32,000 nt of DNA from Okeania sp. (GCF_035285525.1 NZ_JAYKGW010000210.1:1-32000); one strand, 5' to 3'; positions 1 through 9,688 are shown, counted from the first letter of the stretch. Numbers and translations are program-made. The notes: generated by a model from the sequence alone, not told the origin.

Positions 1-1248
1 TACACCTGACATTCCGATACCCATACCAGAAGCAGTTAACCCTATTCCAGAAGTTGTTAACCCTATTCCAGAAGTTGTTAACCCTATTCCAGAAGTTGTT
101 AACCCTATTCCAGAAGCAGTTAAACCAATACCAGAAGTGGTTAAACCTACACCAGAAGCAGTTAAACCAATACCAGAAGTTGTTAAACCTACACCAGAAG
201 CAGTTAAACCAATACCAGAAGTGGTTAAACCAATACCAGAAGCAGTTAACCCTACACCGGACATAGTTTGACCTACACCAGAAGCAGTTAAACCTGCACC
301 GGACATAGTTTGACCAATACCAGAAGCAGTTAAACCTGCACCAGAAACATTACTACCAGATGCCCACATTCCTATACCAGATGCCATAGCATAAGAACTT
401 AGTCCTTCCTCTATCATCTGGCCAGAACCTGGAACCATTTGCACAGAACCAAACATAGAACCAGCAACTCGCTGTTCCTCAACTTCAGCAATAGCAAACA
501 TTTCCTGATGAATATTATTGGGATTCTCGTAAAAACTAATTTCACGACTAGTAGGAACCAGTTCCATAAAAGTTTTGCCACGCAAATCTTCATCCCAACT
601 AACTGTAATAAATTGGTCATCAATCCAATCTGAGGGATAAACTGGAGGAATATGTACTCTCTCAGAACGAGCCAAAATTAACCACCGACCATCAGCACAC
701 CGATATCCTATTTCCAAAGTATAGTCGCGATCGCTTACTGGAATAGGTATGTACCATTCACGAGCTAACTCATCGCAAGGATATTCTTGAATACTATGAG
801 GACTTTGGTATTCCAAGTTAATATCTGTTACATCATATATGCGCAGAGCTAACTGCTGTCCACCTTGACGACGTAGTGCTTCTTTCAGTTCATTCGGAAT
901 ATCCCAATAAGCGTATGCCCACTCTGGGTCTCTTGGCATTAATACTATTTGGCTTTTACCATAGCCATTGGGCAAATCTTTTAAACCTTCATCAACTGAT
1001 GAACTAAAATCATCAACCTTGTTTTCGTGCCCCAACTCAAACTTTTTTGCTTCTACTTCTTCTTGTACCTCTAAGGTTGGCAGTGGAGCAGATGAGACAT
1101 GATTTATATTGATACCTTGAGCTTCCATTACTGCTGAGAGCAGTTGTGCTTTACGCATTCTGCTGTAACGAGAGATACCTAGTTCACTAGCTACTTTCCG
1201 TAGCTGTCGTAAAGTCATCTCTTCTAGAGGTGGACGTTCTCTAACCAT
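1..1248 (-). CDS. Rho_N-like / DUF4912-family protein with C-terminal Gly-rich heptad repeats (C-terminus runs off the window)
   Basis: Absent from the ORF track because it has no stop codon in the window. My translation of the minus strand from ATG 1248-1246 stays open for all 416 codons. It reads MVRERPPLEEMTLRQLRKVASELGISRYSRMRKAQLLSAVMEAQG (Rho termination factor N-terminal-like), then LMPRDPEWAYAYWDIP (DUF4912 hallmark as I remember it), then about 14 SG[IV]GLT[AT] heptads. Track ORFs 54-266(+), 439-633(+) and 414-623(-) are off-frame shadows. Confidence 0.8.
   Translation of the reverse strand, partial: MVRERPPLEEMTLRQLRKVASELGISRYSRMRKAQLLSAVMEAQGININHVSSAPLPTLEVQEEVEAKKFELGHENKVDDFSSSVDEGLKDLPNGYGKSQIVLMPRDPEWAYAYWDIPNELKEALRRQGGQQLALRIYDVTDINLEYQSPHSIQEYPCDELAREWYIPIPVSDRDYTLEIGYRCADGRWLILARSERVHIPPVYPSDWIDDQFITVSWDEDLRGKTFMELVPTSREISFYENPNNIHQEMFAIAEVEEQRVAGSMFGSVQMVPGSGQMIEEGLSSYAMASGIGMWASGSNVSGAGLTASGIGQTMSGAGLTASGVGQTMSGVGLTASGIGLTTSGIGLTASGVGLTTSGIGLTASGVGLTTSGIGLTASGIGLTTSGIGLTTSGIGLTTSGIGLTASGMGIGMSGV
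25..345. repeat. 21-bp tandem repeat array (about 14 units) inside the DUF4912 CDS
   Basis: Units such as ccagaagttgttaaccctatt occur three times in perfect succession around 46-108. Variants follow, e.g. ccagaagcagttaaaccaata and ccagaagtggttaaacctaca. The period is 21 bp, i.e. 7 codons. Confidence 0.9.
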
Positions 1249-1361
1249 TGTGTATATCCTTGGTGTTTCTTTACTTTCTTTATTCTCAAAATCTACCAAG
1301 AAATTATTTGTAATCACTTGTTTCTTTTGAGACTACTTTTCCTTATCAAACTATTAATGAG

Positions 1362-1525
1362 ATAAGCATTCAGCTATTAACTATCAGCTATCAGTAATAA
1401 AGTCTTTTGCTCAAACACGGCGTTTAAATGGACATAAACTTTAGAGTTGACTTTTGCAGTTCGTTTCTTAGTCAATAAAGCTTTTATCAGTTACTAAAAG
1501 CAATAGCTGACGGCTGAATGCTTAC
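1362..1525. mobile_element. MITE-like element, family A (TIR GTAAGCATTCAGC...GCTGAATGCTTAC)
   Basis: ataagcattcagctattaactatcagctatcag at the left end pairs with caatagctgacggctgaatgcttac at the right end. Flanks TTAATGAG / TTCATGAG look like a 7/8 target-site duplication. Confidence 0.6.
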
Positions 1526-2077
1526 TTCATGAGTTTGATAAATGCCTAGAAACACTTAACATTTTAGAGAGAGAGATTCTAGACCAAGAAAAGCATTTTT
1601 TTGGGATCGTTTAGATCGCCTTATAACAATATAGTTTTGCAGAGAAAATCTGATTTGGTCAAGGGTAGTTACTAAGAAATTATGAACATATATGCGGGTT
1701 TATAGGTAATTATGGATTAGTAATGTTATGATTTCTTAACTTTATTTCAAACATCAGAAATTAAATCAAATTAGTTAATAAAATTATTTGATAGTTTGAT
1801 TAATTTTTTTTATAATATACTAAATATAATTATTAGTAATTAATTAAACTAATGCCAAGGAAATTGTGTATTTTTAACAAAAATATCACAGCAATAAATC
1901 GAGTTTATTAGTCGCTTTGCGAGGTTCTGTTAATTTTATAGGACTCAAGCCATGAGGTAGGAAAAACAGGGGTTTGAGATTGCTTCCTGTTGTCGTATCG
2001 GACGAAAATAGGTTGCACTTGCGTAAGTCCTGTTTTATTTAGGAGTTTAATAATTAGGTTTGGCGCTCAAAAGTCTT

Positions 2078-2237
2078 ACAGCGCTTTTCAAATGAATGAA
2101 CCACATCGCCATAACCAAAATTTTGTAGGGACGTTTTCCACGCTTGAGCGGAAATGTTTGCGGAGCATTCCGTAAGGAAAACGCATTTTTGCCGATGGAA
2201 CGTCCCTACTGTGGTTTACTGAAATGAAAACTGCTGT
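2078..2237. mobile_element. MITE-like element, family C, carrying a nested about 66-bp insertion
   Basis: acagcgcttttcaaatgaatgaaccacatcgccataaccaaaattttgtagggacg ... acgtccctactgtggtttactgaaatgaaaactgctgt. It is the same element as 28654-28752, but its central loop is interrupted by ttttccacgcttgagcggaaatgtttgcggagcattccgtaaggaaaacgc.... Confidence 0.6.
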
Positions 2238-2345
2238 ATGGGTCGGAGAAGACAGGAAACCCACCCCTAACCCCTCCCAGGAAGGGAAGACAGGAGGAGT
2301 AGGGAATTTACAGGAGAGCGGTTTTCATAAAGGTAGACTACAAAA

Positions 2346-2375
2346 CTTCTTCCTTCTTCCTTCTTCCTTCTTCCT
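2346..2375. repeat. STRR-like heptamer repeat (CTTCTTC x4)
   Basis: Direct reading gives cttcttc cttcttc cttcttc cttcttc, immediately 3' of the zipN stop. Confidence 0.85.
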
Positions 2376-2376
2376 T

Positions 2377-4749
2377 TTATCTCACTATCTTCCAATTACT
2401 AATTTGCCATTTTTCATTCTGACGAACTAAACTATAACGAACCAGTAAGTTTTCATTATTAGAATTAGTCAATCTGTCATTTTCATAAAAACTAACCCTT
2501 TCTCTAACTTCAGCCTCTACCTGAGCTTGATTCGGATTTGTATTATTTACATCAACACTCTTGACCTCCAAATCATGCTCATATCTCCGGTAAGATTTCT
2601 CTTCCTTCAAAGTATTAGCTGTAGACACCCAACGAGAAAGTGCTGGATCTACTAGAATATCCGGTAACTTTTCAACTTGATGATTAGGACCAAAAGCAGC
2701 AGCTTTAATCTCCAACCAATTTTGAATCGCTAACTGTGCTATTTCTTTAGTTATTGTTCCTGACTCTTCGAGGCTAACCTGATTAAGCTCTGGAATTTCT
2801 ATTGGAGGTCTATCCAATTGCACCATAGGTTCTTCCATTTGGGAAACTGGTCTAACTAACCCTAGAGCAGTTGCTAACCAACCAAGAACCTGAATTATCA
2901 TCCACCCAATTATTCCTATTGATAATAATCCCAAAATAGCAATCAAAACTAAACGACGAACCTTAAAAGGTTCTCTTCTAGTAGAGGTTCTGTGTGGATT
3001 ATACTCTGACATAGATTGAGGTAATTGTTCACTTCCTAGTGACTTACCCTCATTAAACAGAGGTAAATTACTCTGACTTCTTTCCCTCTTTCTGGCTGAG
3101 TAGCGACCATAACTCGTATTAGTTAAATGTTTTTGCCCACCTGTCAATGATGATTTTTCTGATTCTTGAACCAATTTTTCAGAATCAGTTCCTTCTAAAT
3201 TAGCAGTTTCTTGGCTCACAGAACCAAAACTAGCAGTAGCAGCGCTACCTAAACCAGATATACCTTTATTTTCTAGATTTGATACGGTCAATTTTTCAAC
3301 TTCCTTCTGGTGTAACTGTTCCGTATCGCGATCGTGACGAGGTTGAACAACTACCCATTGATTAGCTGCTTCTACTTCCGTTGGTAAAGCTTCTAGATAA
3401 GCTTGAACATGCTGATCTGCAAAATAGTCTTTTAAAGAAGCTGACTTATCAGACAAATCACGGAAATGGGGAAATACCTCCTCTGTTAACCAATGTTCAG
3501 CATAAAGACACAAACCTGGTAATAAATCTGGAGATTCTTGAGAATTTTCCTTAATAAAGGACAGAGGTTCATTTTCTTGGCTAAGCTCCAATGAACGACT
3601 AGCCTCTTCAGTTTGCCCTAAAAGCAAAGCACAAACAGACTTCTCTAAATTTACATCTTGACTCCGACCCAACTGCATCAACATCAACTTAGCCTTACGA
3701 ATCAAAGCTGGTTGTTTTTGAACAAACCCTTGAGCTAAAAAAGTATAAACCGCTAAGTATGTGCCAACTGCCGAAGGACGACGAGCTTCAACCTCAAATA
3801 ATTTCTTCTGCTCTGTTGTAGTTAAATGTTGACGTAGTTGCTGAACAAACTTCAAAAAATTCTCTACATCAAGTCCAGAACTATCCTCACCTTGACCATC
3901 TATTCCGCCCCGTTCATTCAACATATCTTGGAGAATCTCTAGTCCACGGCGACGTTCAAGAGCCATTTCTTCTGGTAATGATATTAACTCTATTACTCTA
4001 TAGGGCCGTAACTTATAAAGGTCAGCTTGTATTTCCCCTCGAACTTGGACAAACAAGTTTTCTCGCAGTAATAATCCTTGGCCCGCTTCTAAAGCTGTAG
4101 CCGCAGTTTCATATTGTCCTTGTTGCCATTGTTCTCTGCCCAATTCTAAATTCGCTAAAGCAACTGTCAGGACAATATCTGGCAAAACTAATGCTGGATC
4201 GCCAAAGCGTCCATCTTTAATAGCAATACTATTATTATTAAGATAAGGATAAGTAAGTTTTAATACCAGCTCATATTCTCCTAGTTCCTGTAAAATCAGA
4301 ATTGCTCCCACAAATTGGGAATTTTCTATTTCTATACTAGGAGTATTAGGATCAAACTCAGAACCACTTATACTCTCTATACCTTGAGAGCTTATCCTTT
4401 TTGCTAAACGCCTAGAAGCTATTGTGGGGATAACTTCTCTTGTTTCCTGAAGTTTTGTATTTTTTTCCTCTACTTTATCAAGACTTATATTAGAACTTGG
4501 ACTTAGTTCTTCTAGCTCTGGTTCGTAGGTTTTAGCTAAAAAGCTACCATCGTAGGTTTGACGTTGTTCTGGATCAGACAGAACAGCATAAGCCTCATCT
4601 ATAAGTTGTTTACGAGCAACTATTGTTGCCTCAGAATACTCCCTTCTAGGAAATTGCTGGGTGCGATCTTTATGTGCCTGCTGTAACTGTTCAGCAGTAG
4701 CTTGAATTGGTAAACCTAAAATTCGATAATAATCTAGTGGAATCCGCAC
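2377..4749 (-). CDS. zipN: DnaJ-domain cell-division protein ZipN/Ftn2 (ARC6 homologue)
   Basis: The N-terminus (V)RIPLDYYRILGLPIQATAEQLQQAHKDRTQQFPRREYSEATIVARKQLIDEAYAVLSDPEQRQTYD is the J-like domain typical of Ftn2/ZipN/ARC6. There is one TM helix (RRLVLIAILGLLSIGIIGWMIIQVLGWLA). The C-terminal ARC6-type domain reads IQNWLEIKAAAFGPNH...RYEHDL. The track ORF starts at TTG 4764. I prefer GTG 4749 because homologues begin MRIPLDYY. Confidence 0.9.
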   Translation of the reverse strand: MRIPLDYYRILGLPIQATAEQLQQAHKDRTQQFPRREYSEATIVARKQLIDEAYAVLSDPEQRQTYDGSFLAKTYEPELEELSPSSNISLDKVEEKNTKLQETREVIPTIASRRLAKRISSQGIESISGSEFDPNTPSIEIENSQFVGAILILQELGEYELVLKLTYPYLNNNSIAIKDGRFGDPALVLPDIVLTVALANLELGREQWQQGQYETAATALEAGQGLLLRENLFVQVRGEIQADLYKLRPYRVIELISLPEEMALERRRGLEILQDMLNERGGIDGQGEDSSGLDVENFLKFVQQLRQHLTTTEQKKLFEVEARRPSAVGTYLAVYTFLAQGFVQKQPALIRKAKLMLMQLGRSQDVNLEKSVCALLLGQTEEASRSLELSQENEPLSFIKENSQESPDLLPGLCLYAEHWLTEEVFPHFRDLSDKSASLKDYFADQHVQAYLEALPTEVEAANQWVVVQPRHDRDTEQLHQKEVEKLTVSNLENKGISGLGSAATASFGSVSQETANLEGTDSEKLVQESEKSSLTGGQKHLTNTSYGRYSARKRERSQSNLPLFNEGKSLGSEQLPQSMSEYNPHRTSTRREPFKVRRLVLIAILGLLSIGIIGWMIIQVLGWLATALGLVRPVSQMEEPMVQLDRPPIEIPELNQVSLEESGTITKEIAQLAIQNWLEIKAAAFGPNHQVEKLPDILVDPALSRWVSTANTLKEEKSYRRYEHDLEVKSVDVNNTNPNQAQVEAEVRERVSFYENDRLTNSNNENLLVRYSLVRQNEKWQISNWKIVR

Positions 4750-5267
4750 AGTGCATTTCCTCAAAGGCGAGCTACTATATTGACTGTATTGTATACTTTG
4801 TTAATAACTAACATAGGTATTTTTGACTACTTTAGAGCAATTTTTTTGATGCTCGTCTCTTCTCTTAATTATCTAGGATTTTTTCACCAATAAGCATCAA
4901 ATGCTTAAAGGAAAATCTACTGATACATCAATGTGGTTTCCCACTAAAGTATACCTTTCACTAGGAATATCAAGTGACAGGTATTTTGTTACCCAACTTG
5001 AATAGTAAAACTTAAGACTTATTCCATTAAGCCCATACATATTGTTAAAGTATTCAACCCATACTTTAACATCAAGCTAGTAAAATTTATTTACTCTCCT
5101 AATAGGAATTTTCAGATATCCTACTAAATTGCTCAAAAATAAATTTGTGCAACTTGTACAGAAGAGTAATGTTAAGTTTAAAAACTAGAGACTTTTAGTA
5201 AATTATGTCTCTGGCAACATTGCAAAACTAAATTTATCACCGATTATACTAGCTTAGGAAAAATTAA

Positions 5268-6299
5268 ATGATCCAAGAACGCACCTTACCTCCCTTTGAC
5301 ACCAATAGTATAAAAATCAGCAAAGAAGAAGGATTAACACTATATGAAGATATGGTTTTAGGACGCTTGTTTGAAGATAAGTGCGCTGAAATGTATTACC
5401 GAGGTAAAATGTTTGGCTTTGTCCATCTTTACAATGGACAAGAAGCAGTTTCTTCTGGTGTAATTAAGGCCATGCGACAGGATGAAGATTTTGTTTGCAG
5501 CACTTATAGAGACCATGTTCATGCTTTAAGCGCAGGTGTACCAGCAAAGGAAGTAATGGCTGAATTATTTGGTAAGGCCACAGGTTGTTCTAAAGGTCGC
5601 GGTGGTTCGATGCACATGTTCTCTGCTGCACATAATTTATTGGGTGGTTATGCTTTTGTGGCTGAGGGTATTCCTGTCGCGACTGGGGCAGCTTTTCAGA
5701 GTAAATATCGACGGGAAACTATGGGAAATGAAACTGCTGACCAAGTGACAGCTTGTTTCTTTGGAGATGGAGCTTGTAATAATGGCCAGTTTTTTGAATG
5801 TCTAAATATGGCAACATTATGGAAATTACCTATTATTTATGTAGTAGAGAATAATAAGTGGGCAATTGGTATGGCTCACGAACGTGCTACTTCTGTACCA
5901 GAAATTTACAAAAAAGCTCACGCTTTTGGCATGGTTGGTGTGGAAGTTGATGGTATGGATGTATTGGCAGTCCATTCTGTGGCTCAGGAAGCTGTGGCCA
6001 GGGCGAGAGCAGGTGAAGGGCCTACCTTAATTGAAGCTTTAACTTATCGGTTCCGAGGCCATTCTTTGGCTGACCCTGATGAATTAAGGGATCAAGAAGA
6101 AAAGGAATATTGGTTTTCTCGTGACCCTATTAAGCAATTTCAAACTTATCTGACGGAGAATAATTTGGTAGATGTTGCTGAGTTAAGAGCAATTGATGAA
6201 AAGATTAAGAGGTTAATTACTGAAGCTGTTGAGTTTGCAACAAATAGTCCAGAGCCAGGATCAGATGAACTTTATCGGTATATTTTTGCTGAGGATTAA
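5268..6299 (+). CDS. pdhA: Pyruvate dehydrogenase E1 component, alpha subunit
   Basis: 343 aa. Contains [36 protein letters not shown] and the TPP-binding motif [10 protein letters not shown]...[10 protein letters not shown], with C-terminal [15 protein letters not shown]. Confidence 0.95.
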   Translation: MIQERTLPPFDTNSIKISKEEGLTLYEDMVLGRLFEDKCAEMYYRGKMFGFVHLYNGQEAVSSGVIKAMRQDEDFVCSTYRDHVHALSAGVPAKEVMAELFGKATGCSKGRGGSMHMFSAAHNLLGGYAFVAEGIPVATGAAFQSKYRRETMGNETADQVTACFFGDGACNNGQFFECLNMATLWKLPIIYVVENNKWAIGMAHERATSVPEIYKKAHAFGMVGVEVDGMDVLAVHSVAQEAVARARAGEGPTLIEALTYRFRGHSLADPDELRDQEEKEYWFSRDPIKQFQTYLTENNLVDVAELRAIDEKIKRLITEAVEFATNSPEPGSDELYRYIFAED

Positions 6300-6437
6300 T
6301 TAACTAAGTTTATTAATGGATAATTAATTAATCTTACAGAAGTTTCTGAAGTTATGAGGTCTATAATATCTATAGTTTTATCCTTTTTAGATGTCAAATT
6401 AAAAGGATAAAAATCAAATAACTGGAGGTTAATTATC

Positions 6438-6687
6438 GTAAGCATTCAGCCGTCAGCAATCAGCTATCAGAAGAGTGATTTTACCATTCACTAAAAGCAA
6501 TAATATTTAATTAAGCTAGAAAAATTTTTTGACTTTTGTCAACTCTAAAGTCTATATTCATTGAAAATTGTTCTTAAGAACAGGATATTATTGCTGTTTC
6601 GCTATGGGACATGTTTGCGGATAATTCCAGGAAAAAGCGCAGCTCCGCTCCAGGGAGCTAGTTGATGGCTAATAGCTGAATGCTTAC
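6438..6687. mobile_element. MITE-like element, family A, with perfect 8-bp target-site duplication
   Basis: gtaagcattcagccgtcagcaatcagctatcag ... gatggctaatagctgaatgcttac. It is flanked on both sides by TAATTATC (6430-6437 and 6688-6695). The interior carries the short motif atgtttgcggataattcc (family D). Confidence 0.7.
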
Positions 6688-8025
6688 TAATTATCAATTA
6701 TAGTCATTCTGATTTAGATTGAGACAAGGTTTTCTTGCTGTGAAAGGGTTTTCGCTGAAAAAGTGTTCTATTCTTATTGGGAATGACTATATTAATTACT
6801 CTTACCTATTAACCATTACCTCACAACTAACTACTAAATAGTAACAAGATTTTTGATGCGAATAAAATAGGATTACTATATCTCTAATTATCAAAAAAAA
6901 TTCTTGTAATTGTGATTAAGTTTTTTCTGAATTTTTGACAATTAAGTTTCTCGTTGATTAAGTTAAATGAATTTGTTTTACATCACAATTTTCAATTTTC
7001 TGTGTAATAAATTAAATATAGAGTAAATTAATAAAGTTAAAACTAACATTAATTTACACTTGTAGAACTTGCGCAGAAACACTATTCGTAGGGTGTGTTT
7101 TCGGCGCTTGAGCCGATATGTTTGCGTAGCAGTCCGTTAGGATAACCCTGCACGACATGAATGCGCTCCCATTCCCTAGAAAAAGCGCACAACGCACAAC
7201 GCACCAAGGCACTATAATATATAGCCTTTGCTTAAGTCCTGAGTTGATTAAATAAATGTAGAAATCCTATCTACTTTATGAGATTTGGATAATGGTTTTC
7301 TATTTATAGCCATAAGAAATAATTTGTAAGAAGAAACTTTAGGGGTTTCGCCTCCAAAACCCTTGGCGCTTGAGTTGGAAAACCACACCCCTAATCTGAA
7401 ATTTTACAATCTATTTAGGATTATTACAGTAACTGGATGTATTAAAAAAACCGGATAAATATTTTAGGGATTGTAAATATACCTACGGTCATATAGAAGC
7501 TCCAAACAACTTTTTATGGCTATACCTATAATTTCTTAACTTAGGAAAAGTTTGACATGGCATAATATTACAACAGAAGGAAAGATCGTTATTTCTCATA
7601 AAACCAGAAACTGGGAAAATTGGTTCTAGTAAAAAAAACTGTATTTCAATAATTATAAAAACCAATACAATCATTATATTATGAGGATTACTTTACTTAT
7701 CAGTACCTTACAGTTGCAACTAGATAATTGAAATCCCAAAAGTTGATTTTTTTTCTTCCCTTTAACCAGGAAAAATATCAACCTTATTTATTAGCCAAAT
7801 CGCTAATGATACCAATTTTTAAACTTAACATACTACTCTTAAATATGAATCTATTTAAAAATTTATAGAGTAAACAGCAAGAAAGTTACGGTTTTAAAAA
7901 TATCCTTTTGAATTAAACCTAAAATATCAGGGAAAATAAAAATTGGAGCTGACTTTTTTTAGCAAGATTATATTTTTCGTTCCTCAATCAAATATCGCTT
8001 TTATCACTAACCAAAAGCACTTTTC

Positions 8026-8050
8026 TGATAGCTGAATGCTGAATGCTTAC
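8026..8050. repeat. Solo right end of MITE family A
   Basis: ctgatagctgaatgctgaatgcttac. I found no matching left end nearby. Confidence 0.5.
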
Positions 8051-8173
8051 ATTTATTTTTTCCCATTCTTTAAGTAATAGACAACCTAGACATTGTAGAA
8101 AAACTTAAAGACTTCTCTTTCAAGAAAAAAAAATTCATTATTCATTCTTGACAAACTATCCAATTTTAGATAA

Positions 8174-9427
8174 ATGAACAAAAAAAATACCACAGAGAAA
8201 ATATTTTGGAAACAACCTTTAACCTACTTATTAGTATTAATGGGAGCAGGTGGGGCATTATTAGGAGAACGCTTAATATTCCAGACAACTAGCTCTGGGG
8301 AAAATTCCAGCCAACTTACTCAATCATTAGTTGCTCAGTCCCCTAACAAAACTGATACTAATTATAACTCAGAAAGGTCTAGTTGGTTGCCAGTTAGAAC
8401 TCCTATTTCCAATAACAATTTTATTGTAGATGCAGTCCAAAAAGTTGGCCCAGCAGTGGTAAGAATCAATGCTTCTCGCGCTGTTGGCCAAAGACCTAAC
8501 TTTGGTAGAGAGATGCCAGAAGATTTCTATGGCTTTGAAGGACCTGGGTCTAATTCTAGTCCAGTTGAACAAGGTACAGGTTCTGGTTTTATTATCAGTG
8601 CTGATGGTAACATTCTGACTAATGCTCATGTTGTTGAAGGTTCAACTACTGTAGAAGTTGTACTCAAAGATGGCCGTCGTATTGAAGGTAGAGTTTTGGG
8701 CACAGATTCTGTAACTGATGTAGCAGTTGTTAAAATTGATGCTAATAATCTCCCGACTGTTTCTCTTGGAGATTCAAGTAATTTGCAACCTGGAGAATGG
8801 GCGATCGCTATTGGCAACCCTCTAGGTCTAGATAATTCTGTCACAGTGGGTATAATTAGTGCGACGGGTCGTTCTAGTAATGATGTGGGTGTCCCAGATA
8901 AGCGGGTAGGATTTATTCAAACGGATGCTGCTATTAATCCTGGGAATTCTGGTGGCCCTCTGTTGAATCAAAATGGTGAGGTAATTGGAATTAATACGGC
9001 TATTATTGATGGCGCTCAAGGTTTAGGATTTGCTATTCCTATTAATAATGCTCAACAAATTGCTCAACAATTAATTAAGGTAGGGAGGGCGGAACACGCT
9101 TATTTAGGTATTGCTATGCAGACTTTAACACCAGAATTGAAGGAAGAACTGAATCGAAATTTTAATAGAAATATTCAGTTTTCGACTGATAGAGGGGTAT
9201 TAGTGATGCAAGTTGTTCCTGGTTCTCCTGCCGATCAAGGTGGTTTAAAGCCTGGGGATATAATTCAAAAAATAGATAATCAAACTATTAGCAAATCTGA
9301 AAATGTACAACAAATTGTTCAGAGTAAAACAGTGGGTAGTTTGTTAGAATTAGAAGTTAATCGAAATGGTGAAAATTTTAATTTTCAGGTACGAACTGGT
9401 AATTTACCATCTCGATTAAGAGGATAG
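8174..9427 (+). CDS. HtrA/Deg-family periplasmic serine protease with one PDZ domain
   Basis: 417 aa with an N-terminal TM/signal anchor (LTYLLVLMGAGGALL). Catalytic triad contexts are TNAHVV (His), DVAVVKI (Asp) and GNSGGPLL (Ser). The PDZ domain reads VVPGSPADQGGLKPGDIIQKID. Confidence 0.9.
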   Translation: MNKKNTTEKIFWKQPLTYLLVLMGAGGALLGERLIFQTTSSGENSSQLTQSLVAQSPNKTDTNYNSERSSWLPVRTPISNNNFIVDAVQKVGPAVVRINASRAVGQRPNFGREMPEDFYGFEGPGSNSSPVEQGTGSGFIISADGNILTNAHVVEGSTTVEVVLKDGRRIEGRVLGTDSVTDVAVVKIDANNLPTVSLGDSSNLQPGEWAIAIGNPLGLDNSVTVGIISATGRSSNDVGVPDKRVGFIQTDAAINPGNSGGPLLNQNGEVIGINTAIIDGAQGLGFAIPINNAQQIAQQLIKVGRAEHAYLGIAMQTLTPELKEELNRNFNRNIQFSTDRGVLVMQVVPGSPADQGGLKPGDIIQKIDNQTISKSENVQQIVQSKTVGSLLELEVNRNGENFNFQVRTGNLPSRLRG

Positions 9428-9435
9428 ATAATTGA

Positions 9436-9688
9436 TAATTAGGGCTAGAGCAAAAAGTCTGAAAGTATTTTATAGATAAAGGTTTTAGCAACTTGTTTGT
9501 CGTAAAAAAGTACCAGCTTTTAAGTCAAAAAGGCGAAAAAAGTTAGGACAAAAGGCTCACGCTTGAGGTGAAAAATTAAGAGACGATTCTTCCAACTAAT
9601 TCCTTTATAATTCCTATTCTTCCTGACTCTTGACTACTCCCTACTCCCTATCTCTACCATCAGACTTTTGAGCGCAAACTCTAATTAT
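9436..9688. mobile_element. MITE-like element, family B (TIR TAATTAGGGYTNGMGCAAAAAGTCTG)
   Basis: Left end taattagggctagagcaaaaagtctg pairs with right end cagacttttgagcgcaaactctaatta. The interior contains ctcttgactactccctactcccta. It begins 8 nt after the htrA-like stop. Confidence 0.6.

Noticed and set aside
54-633. Track ORFs 54-266(+), 439-633(+) and 414-623(-)
   Set aside because: They are off-frame or antisense shadows of the 1-1248(-) gene. The 54-266 ORF is simply the 21-bp repeat read on the other strand (LLTLFQK repeats).
2131-2196. Family D motif (gAGCggaaatgtttgcggagcattccg) as a group II intron domain V
   Set aside because: It folds into a 7-bp stem with a 9-nt loop. It does not form the 34-nt bulged helix with a GNRA tetraloop. 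There is no 5' GUGYG, no IEP/reverse transcriptase ORF, and it recurs as a short dispersed repeat.
1990-2430. Track ORFs 1990-2175(+) and 2224-2430(+)
   Set aside because: They lie entirely within MITE and heptamer-repeat sequence. The second also overlaps the zipN 3' end. They have no RBS and no recognisable protein features.
7489-7674. ORF 7489-7674(-), 61 aa, in the gene desert
   Set aside because: It has an AT-rich random composition with no RBS and no recognisable motif.
8369-9019. Three minus-strand ORFs inside the HtrA gene
   Set aside because: They are antisense shadows of a well-supported CDS. The same applies to 16533-16766, 17182-17424, 18178-18363, 18754-18936, 25132-25371 and 26145-26339.
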